Source: Candidatus Bathyarchaeota archaeon
Lineage (GTDB): Archaea > Thermoproteota > Bathyarchaeia > Bathyarchaeales > Bathycorpusculaceae
NCBI GenBank assembly: GCA_963715865.1
Contig: OY970280.1
Span: 1,152,001 to 1,216,000, forward strand
Direction: 5' to 3'
DNA: 64,000 nt
Positions 58,213-64,000 of this stretch are shown piece after piece. The first letter of the stretch is position 1; every line of letters begins with the position of its first letter. The position numbers and the translations under genes are program-made. Below the pieces are notes generated by a model that searched no databases, was not told the origin of the DNA, and was given only the letters and a program-made list of their open reading frames with translations.

Positions 58213-58701
58213 ATGTCTTTTCATGTTCGACGTAAAGACCGAGAAATAACAGACCCCGACGAGTTGCGGCAGGTGCTAAAGGCTACTAAGTATGTTACTG
58301 TTGCCCTCTGCATGGAGGATGAGCCTTACCTTGTTTCGCTCAGCCATGGTTATGATGAAGCTAAGAACTGCCTGTATTTTCACTGTGCGCCTGAGGGCAA
58401 AAAACTCGTTTACCAAAAAGCGAACAGTAAGGTGTGGGGGCAGGCAGTGCTGGATTTCGGCGTTACCGACGAGTGCGACTACGCTTACACTTCTGTCCAT
58501 TTCTCAGGCAAAATGCACCTAATCAGCGATTTAAGCGAGAAGCAGCATGCAATAGAAGTGCTGGTGCGGCAGGTTTCACTTAACCCCGAGGCGAAACTCT
58601 CGAAGATTAAGCCTGAAAAACTCAGTAAAACAACGATGGGCAGAATCGACATCGATTACATGACAGGGAAAAAGCATCAAAGCCCAAAAAGCAAAAACTA
58701 A
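58213..58701 (+). CDS. Pyridoxamine 5'-phosphate oxidase-like/NimA flavin-binding protein
   Basis: RRKDREI, PYLVSLSHG, LYFHCAPEGKK, YTSVHFSG. Confidence 0.88.
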   Translation: MSFHVRRKDREITDPDELRQVLKATKYVTVALCMEDEPYLVSLSHGYDEAKNCLYFHCAPEGKKLVYQKANSKVWGQAVLDFGVTDECDYAYTSVHFSGKMHLISDLSEKQHAIEVLVRQVSLNPEAKLSKIKPEKLSKTTMGRIDIDYMTGKKHQSPKSKN

Positions 58702-58707
58702 TTTCGG

Positions 58708-58761
58708 CTACTTTATGAGTTTAATTGACGCCCTATTGTCTATTGCCAATTTTCCTTTCAA
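58708..58761 (-). pseudogene. 17-codon stub resembling the start of a VapC/PIN toxin
   Basis: MKGKLAIDNRASIKLIK* overlapping the antitoxin 3' end. Confidence 0.35.
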
Positions 58762-58993
58762 GTCGAGTTTCGTCATGTTTTCGCTCCGTTTGCAACTCTT
58801 CAAGCGCTTCTTTAGCTCCGATTATTGGTTTACACGCTTCTTCAAGCAACTGAACGTTTTTTTCTCGCTGATCAATTAAGAAACTTAAAGCTTCGTTAAG
58901 ATCCACTCGACGGCCTAGCTTAAGTTGAAGTTCAGAAGCTATCTTCCGCAACTTTTGTTTCACGTCTTCGGTAACTGATATAGTTGTTGTCAT
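58733..58993 (-). CDS. Ribbon-helix-helix VapB-like antitoxin (orphan)
   Basis: MTTTISVTEDVKQKL..RRVDLNEAL..EELQTER. Confidence 0.7.
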   Translation of the reverse strand: MTTTISVTEDVKQKLRKIASELQLKLGRRVDLNEALSFLIDQREKNVQLLEEACKPIIGAKEALEELQTERKHDETRLERKIGNRQ

Positions 58994-59083
58994 AAACACT
59001 GACAAATATAATTACTATAACATATTATAGTTTTTCAATGCAGTTGCTAGAAATAAAACAAGAGACATTTGTTGGTTAAGCTC

Positions 59084-60979
59084 TTAAGTGCCACTCTGAG
59101 CCATGTCAACTTGGTATATTCTTAAGTTTTGGTCGGTGTAAACTGGCTTCAACCAGCCTATGCTATCAAAATGCGCTGTGCAATTTGGGTAATTGCTTAG
59201 CTCGTCATAGCCCACGTACACGTATGAGACATTGTACGTAGTAACAACCTGCTTTAAGTCAGTTGCATTGCCAGTGTACGCTCTATCGATATCGCTTTCT
59301 CTCTTCAAAATATTATCAAGCGGTACTCCCCACCCATAGGGCCAATTCACGTAAGATGAAACGGTCAGCCTTCCGCCGATAAACGCTGGCGGGCACTGAA
59401 TAGAATAATACGTTAAAAAGACAGAACGCTCAGGCGTATTGTTCCGCACCCAAAGCCCAAGCTGATACTCATTCCAGTTTGCAGCTGTATAGTTTGTTCC
59501 AACATTGTAGATGATGACGCTTGCTGAAGTCAGAATCGAAAGCAAAACCAACGTTACAATGACGATTTTTCTTGTTTTAGCTAAAACAACGCCACTTAGC
59601 ACTGCTATTGGAATCCAAGCGAAAATGAAGAACTTGTACATGTCCCATGGCCAAGGTGTTAATAGAAGAATGTTTGGAAGTAGGAATAGTAAGAGGAAGG
59701 TTCCTTTCAGAAGTTCATTTCCAGCCCTCGCAAAAGAAACAATAGCTATCACAAACGGGATGCCGAGATTCAAAAAGTAATAAACAAACGGGTTCTGCGC
59801 AAAATTAGCAATCCAAACAGTGCTTAACGCAAATGTCAGTGGAGGCCCGTTATGAATAATAAACGGCAATGCCAAAACGCTTGGCGCCAAAAAGTACAGG
59901 TAACTAATATTGAAGCGTTTAAAGTTAAACAGAACGGCGACAACGAAGGCGACATAGCAACAGAAGAATGCCACATTATGGAACTGGAACACTAAACCAG
60001 TGATGACGCCAGCTAAAAGTATTCTTTTTTTGTCATCCATGTCACGGAGCAAAGCCAAAACCAACGCGAAAGCGGGCAAACCAATCAACAGCGGTCTCTG
60101 CTGCAGCAAATTATCAAAAATCGACGGCAAACCAAACGTTTGGCCATACTGGTAAATATAATTTTGCGACGCACTAAACGACCCGCCAATCAATGCTGAA
60201 AAAAGCCCAAAGTAACTCAAACCCCAACCGAACGTAGCTATAACGGTTGCAATGATTGCGGCGCGTCTTCCATTCGGTCTTGCCAAAGCGTAAATTGCGA
60301 GTGCGAAGACAAGGATGAAAACAGCGTTTAAAACAGGCAAAAGCGTCGGCAAATAGCCGTAGACTTTCTCGATTATGGCTGTGTGAAAATCAACAAAGTA
60401 ATGATAAGTCAGTGGCGTCCCTGCATAATTGGGCATTTGCGGCGGGAAGTTACCGTTGTTTATGCTTTCAATTATCTCATAATGCAAGGGCGTATCTTGC
60501 CAGTTTGAACCCGTCAAAACTATTCCAAACTGGTTTCCAAACCACACACTCCTGCACAAAACAACAAGGGAAATGAGGAAAATTACAGCGAAAACCAAAA
60601 TGCTTGTTTTCTTAACCTGCCCAAGCCTGAGAAATTTTGGGGGCTTTAATGGTTCGCCTTTCTTGTAAACTACCAGTGTGTAGATTGCCGTTAAAGCGAG
60701 AAAGCTGAAGAGTATTGTTTCCCGTGAGTAGCCAAACGCCAACGATAGGTAATAGATTAATTGGACGGAGAATAAAACGCTGAAAACAGGCACAAAAGCC
60801 CATACTTCATGAGATTTTAACGAGAAAAACCGGTAGAAAATCAAGCCAGGAACCAAAAACGTGAAGACCAACGCGGTAAAAAGAGCAATGTAACCTGAGG
60901 CAAACGACGCTAAAGCCAGCAGCAACAGCAAGATGGAGAGCCAGTATTTTTGCAGAACCGCTGAGTACGCAGTGTTCAT
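59084..60979 (-). CDS. Polytopic membrane protein, GT-C-fold glycosyltransferase-like
   Basis: More than 12 TM helices; loop NWQDTPLH..PPQMPNYAG.PLTYHYF; C-terminal soluble domain with YVYVG. Confidence 0.65.
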   Translation of the reverse strand: MNTAYSAVLQKYWLSILLLLLALASFASGYIALFTALVFTFLVPGLIFYRFFSLKSHEVWAFVPVFSVLFSVQLIYYLSLAFGYSRETILFSFLALTAIYTLVVYKKGEPLKPPKFLRLGQVKKTSILVFAVIFLISLVVLCRSVWFGNQFGIVLTGSNWQDTPLHYEIIESINNGNFPPQMPNYAGTPLTYHYFVDFHTAIIEKVYGYLPTLLPVLNAVFILVFALAIYALARPNGRRAAIIATVIATFGWGLSYFGLFSALIGGSFSASQNYIYQYGQTFGLPSIFDNLLQQRPLLIGLPAFALVLALLRDMDDKKRILLAGVITGLVFQFHNVAFFCCYVAFVVAVLFNFKRFNISYLYFLAPSVLALPFIIHNGPPLTFALSTVWIANFAQNPFVYYFLNLGIPFVIAIVSFARAGNELLKGTFLLLFLLPNILLLTPWPWDMYKFFIFAWIPIAVLSGVVLAKTRKIVIVTLVLLSILTSASVIIYNVGTNYTAANWNEYQLGLWVRNNTPERSVFLTYYSIQCPPAFIGGRLTVSSYVNWPYGWGVPLDNILKRESDIDRAYTGNATDLKQVVTTYNVSYVYVGYDELSNYPNCTAHFDSIGWLKPVYTDQNLRIYQVDMAQSGT

Positions 60980-61163
60980 AATGATTTTTCGCCCACCTAA
61001 AGGATTAATTGTGTGTAAATATTTCGATAAAGTATTAAAATTGTCGCTTAATCACGTTTTAAAAACAGCAAGCAGTAAGAGACCGGTTTTCTAACAAACC
61101 GTTCAATGCCGATTGCAAGAAAAGTTAATTAGCTAAAGCAATTAGTATTCTTGCGGCGCTTAA

Positions 61164-61270
61164 GCCCAGGTAGTATAGTCCGGTCTCAGCACGAATTCTT
61201 TCATGTTGCCGGAATAGTATATGCGGCTGTCGCCCGTAGGACCCGGGTCCGAATCCCGGCCTGGGCGCCA
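61164..61270 (+). tRNA. tRNA-Asp(GTC) with 29-nt D-loop intron (61186-61214), CCA encoded
   Basis: Acceptor GCCCAGG/CCTGGGC, anticodon arm TGCGG-CTGTCGC-CCGTA, T arm CCGGG-TCCGAAT-CCCGG; bulge-helix-bulge CCGG-TCT / CCGG-AAT with CAGCA/TGTTG helix. Confidence 0.93.
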
Positions 61271-61313
61271 CTATTCCACCTCAAGAACTCTTAACAAATA
61301 AAGAAGAAATTGA

Positions 61314-61487
61314 ATAGTTATATCCCATAAACGCGAGAAAAATAAACGTGAAGCCTCATCAAAAAATCGTTAAGATTGAAAAAGACGGCGTTATTCACTG
61401 ATTCCTCAAAAACCGATAAGAGAAATGAGAGGATTCATAAAAGGAATGGACACAAGTCAACTTAGAGACGAACAGGACCGTTGGTAA
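61314..61487 (+). pseudogene. Decayed AbrB/MazE-like antitoxin
   Basis: IVI..REK-INVKPHQKIVKIEKDGVIH-LIPQKPIREMRGFIKGMDTSQLRDEQDRW* across two frameshifts, N-terminus absent. Confidence 0.6.
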
Positions 61488-61570
61488 AACTCATAGAATG
61501 CAACTCAGAGATTATAACAAGCGATAAACATTTGAAAGACCTAAAAAACGTCAAATTCATTAATAAATAA
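61481..61570 (+). pseudogene. Internally deleted VapC/PIN toxin
   Basis: MVKLIE joined to CNSEIITSDKHLKDLKNVKFINK*, resembling the PIN C-terminal T-x-D-x-H segment. Confidence 0.55.
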
Positions 61571-61709
61571 CAGTTTGCAGGCGTAGAGTTTCAATTTGTC
61601 GTGAACGCTATAGAGCTGTGTTGCTCAGGATTTCGAATACAAAGGGCTGCTCAAGATTTTCTTTTCATAACCGATAAATCAAGATTAGCCTAAACGCATA
61701 AACGAGTGA

Positions 61710-61910
61710 ATGATTGTCATGGAACACGAAGAGCAAATTCCCTGCGCTGACTGCCGTTTATGGAATTCAAAAGAGAAAAAATTCTCCTGCAAGCCCAAAG
61801 ACTGCAAGGAACTCTCCGCGTGGCTTCTTCAATATGCACCTCAACTTAGCGCAGAAAAAGCACAAATGCAAGTGCAGCTTCCAGAAATCGCAATCCAATA
61901 CGTAGTCTAG
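61710..61910 (+). CDS. Small Cys-rich (CxxC..C..C) hypothetical protein
   Basis: IPCADCRLW..FSCKPKDC. Confidence 0.55.
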   Translation: MIVMEHEEQIPCADCRLWNSKEKKFSCKPKDCKELSAWLLQYAPQLSAEKAQMQVQLPEIAIQYVV

Positions 61911-62132
61911 AAATTAAAACTGACACTCCAAGCTGAAAAGAAAGGATCAGGAAGAAAGAAGTTCTGATTTCAAATGAGTTCTTTATGTAAGCCAACTTAG
62001 AGATGAAGAGGACCGTTTTTGATACTTGTAGATTCATACGGTTGGATAGAATCGAACAAAGAAATAAAAAGTTACTAAAGAATCTTTTTACATTTTATTG
62101 TGCGGAAAACATATCAAGCCGATGCAATCATC

Positions 62133-63488
62133 ATGCAAATGGCAATGACAGTTACATCAAAACCACCGCAAAGCGTTCGTGCTTCAGATAATTGGTTAAA
62201 AGACCTTCTAAAAAGCAGTAACAGCTTCGCGGATGATAGCCAAATTGTTGCCCGAGCCCGACAGGACAGCTTATGCGTACTGTGCAAGGGCGCAAGGTTT
62301 CTCTGCGGCAAAACCCGTTGCCCAATAATGGTTAAAGTTAACTATTTCCTCAAAAGCGTGCCGCTGATGGCAAGTGAAGACATCAATGGCATGTCTCCGC
62401 CAAGCGTTTTCATCGGTCGAATCGGCTACCCGAACGTTTATGCCGGACCGCTTGTGCCGCCTGTGCATGAGGATACGAGCATTTACGATTTGCCTGAACG
62501 TTGGTTTGGGAAATCAATGGATGAAATTGTGGGTTTCCGAAGCCTACTTGTACGTGGTAAACACAGGGTAAACGTGCAAAAATTCATGGACGCAGGCAAA
62601 ATACTGGACCAAACACGCGAGCTAGCCCTTGCAGACAGCAGCGTAGACACCGAATTGAACCTTACAAAAAAGCCGCGGGGCTCAATATTTCTCGATGACA
62701 ATGTTCAACCGTTTGGTCCTTCAGCGCCCATCCGAGACCTGCACGTCGGCAACGCACGGTACGATGATAAGATTGAGAAAGCGTATTATGATACGGATTT
62801 GCGAGCTACACAGGCGGTGCGTGAACTTTACAGTCGAGGCGTCATGGTCTCAAAGATTCAGAAAGCATTCAGCGTCGGCGCTTTTGGAGTTGAAAAGAAC
62901 AGGCGCCTGGTCCCTACACGATGGAGCATAACAGCCGTCGACGACATTATCTCAAAAAATCTCATGGAAAACGTAAAAACTTTTCCTGAAATCAACGAAT
63001 ACAGGGTTTACGAGTCAACCTACTTGGATAATGTTTTTGAGATTTTGATGATTCCTGCACAGTGGAGTTACGAGTCAATGGAAGCCTGGTACCCAGGCAC
63101 CGTTTGGAACCCGAATGGAAACAGCATCGCGATTTTCTCTGATTGGGAAGGCAACAGTGGACGAACCACTTACGCTCAGATAGGCGGCTGCTACTACTCC
63201 GCTCGCTTGGCAGTTTGTGAGCAATTAGCCAAAGAACGGCGCCAAGCCACCGTAATTGTGCTCAGAGAAGCAAGACCAGGCTACATCATGCCCATCGGCG
63301 TCTGGCAAGTACGCGAAAACGTGAGGAACGCCATGCGTCAAAAGCCGCACCTTTTCAAAAGTCTCGCTGAATCCATGCAGTTTATCGGTGGCAAATTCGA
63401 GATCCCAATTCAACGGTGGATTCTGCAAAGTGAACTGTTAAAGAAAGCACTGTTCCAGAAAAAAATAACCGACTTCTTTTCGCCCTAA
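62133..63488 (+). CDS. nreA: Nre-family archaeal DNA repair protein
   Basis: CVLCKG..LCG..RCP Zn finger, SPPSVFIGR.GYP, RRLVPTRWSITAVD, GGCYY, C-terminal PIP box QKKITDFF; start uncertain (62100-62145). Confidence 0.9.
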   Translation: MQMAMTVTSKPPQSVRASDNWLKDLLKSSNSFADDSQIVARARQDSLCVLCKGARFLCGKTRCPIMVKVNYFLKSVPLMASEDINGMSPPSVFIGRIGYPNVYAGPLVPPVHEDTSIYDLPERWFGKSMDEIVGFRSLLVRGKHRVNVQKFMDAGKILDQTRELALADSSVDTELNLTKKPRGSIFLDDNVQPFGPSAPIRDLHVGNARYDDKIEKAYYDTDLRATQAVRELYSRGVMVSKIQKAFSVGAFGVEKNRRLVPTRWSITAVDDIISKNLMENVKTFPEINEYRVYESTYLDNVFEILMIPAQWSYESMEAWYPGTVWNPNGNSIAIFSDWEGNSGRTTYAQIGGCYYSARLAVCEQLAKERRQATVIVLREARPGYIMPIGVWQVRENVRNAMRQKPHLFKSLAESMQFIGGKFEIPIQRWILQSELLKKALFQKKITDFFSP

Positions 63489-63559
63489 ATAGCAACTTTT
63501 TCAACAAGGGCGCAATTATAATATATAACGTGCTGTCTCTTCAGAAACTGGAGAAACTT

Positions 63560-64000
63560 ATGCCATATACAATTTGTTATCATTTTAGTCAGAGTTTTGC
63601 TGTTTCCGCTCGTAAGGCATACCTGTGGTGCACTGACTTTACTCCTGAAGACCATGCCCTCATGGGTGAAGACAACGTTGAACGCCAAGTGATGCACCTT
63701 ACAGATAGTACCGTAGTTTTGAAGGAAATTTTTCACACAAGCAACGGTGATATTGAGAAGCAAAAGCTTGTGCAGTTCTATCCAGACCGACTATCTTGGG
63801 TCTCGACACATTTAACAGGTCCAAACAAATATTCCCAGTTCATTTATGAGGTCTCAGCAGAAGGCAATAATGCTTCACGTCTGAATTTTACTGCACTCCA
63901 TATAGAGCATGAAAAAGAAATCATGACCAAGACGGATATCAAGTTGCTTGCAGGTAAATTGTGTAAATATGATTCAAAAGCATGGAAGCTTTTAGCTAAA
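63560..64000 (+). CDS. Hypothetical protein, SRPBCC/START-like; runs off the window
   Basis: Open from ATG 63560 (after GGAG) to the edge: MPYTICYHFSQSF..AYLWCTDFTPED.. Confidence 0.6.
   Translation, partial: MPYTICYHFSQSFAVSARKAYLWCTDFTPEDHALMGEDNVERQVMHLTDSTVVLKEIFHTSNGDIEKQKLVQFYPDRLSWVSTHLTGPNKYSQFIYEVSAEGNNASRLNFTALHIEHEKEIMTKTDIKLLAGKLCKYDSKAWKLLAK

Overview
Archaeal chromosomal window. Gene content (TgtA, SmAP3, aCCA, NreA, AfpA, split EndA, a PQQ-type beta-propeller surface protein) suggests Bathyarchaeia/Thermoproteota; this is inference, not a database result. Mostly housekeeping genes: tgtA, glmU/glmM, acdB, class II HMG-CoA reductase, thpR-cca cluster, mtnA, hisS, two tandem glnA, RsmB/Nip7, a P-type ATPase, a stand-alone EF-2 and tRNA-Asp(GTC) with a D-loop intron. 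A ~12 kb type IV pilus-like operon (7.6-19.7 kb) lacks archaellum genes and encodes a ~1250-aa pilin-like protein in which one beta-sandwich module is inserted inside a second copy of itself. Other notable items: a 7TM protein + wHTH pair divergent from a secreted beta-propeller gene with two perfect palindromes between them; an EF-2 with a non-canonical switch I (RQMTV) flanked by a 15-bp direct repeat; a collagen-like membrane protein; one intact and two decayed toxin-antitoxin modules; several patches of gene remnants. At least 8 single-base frameshifts (including in glmM) probably reflect indel errors in the assembly. No CRISPR array, rRNA, transposase or integrase was seen.
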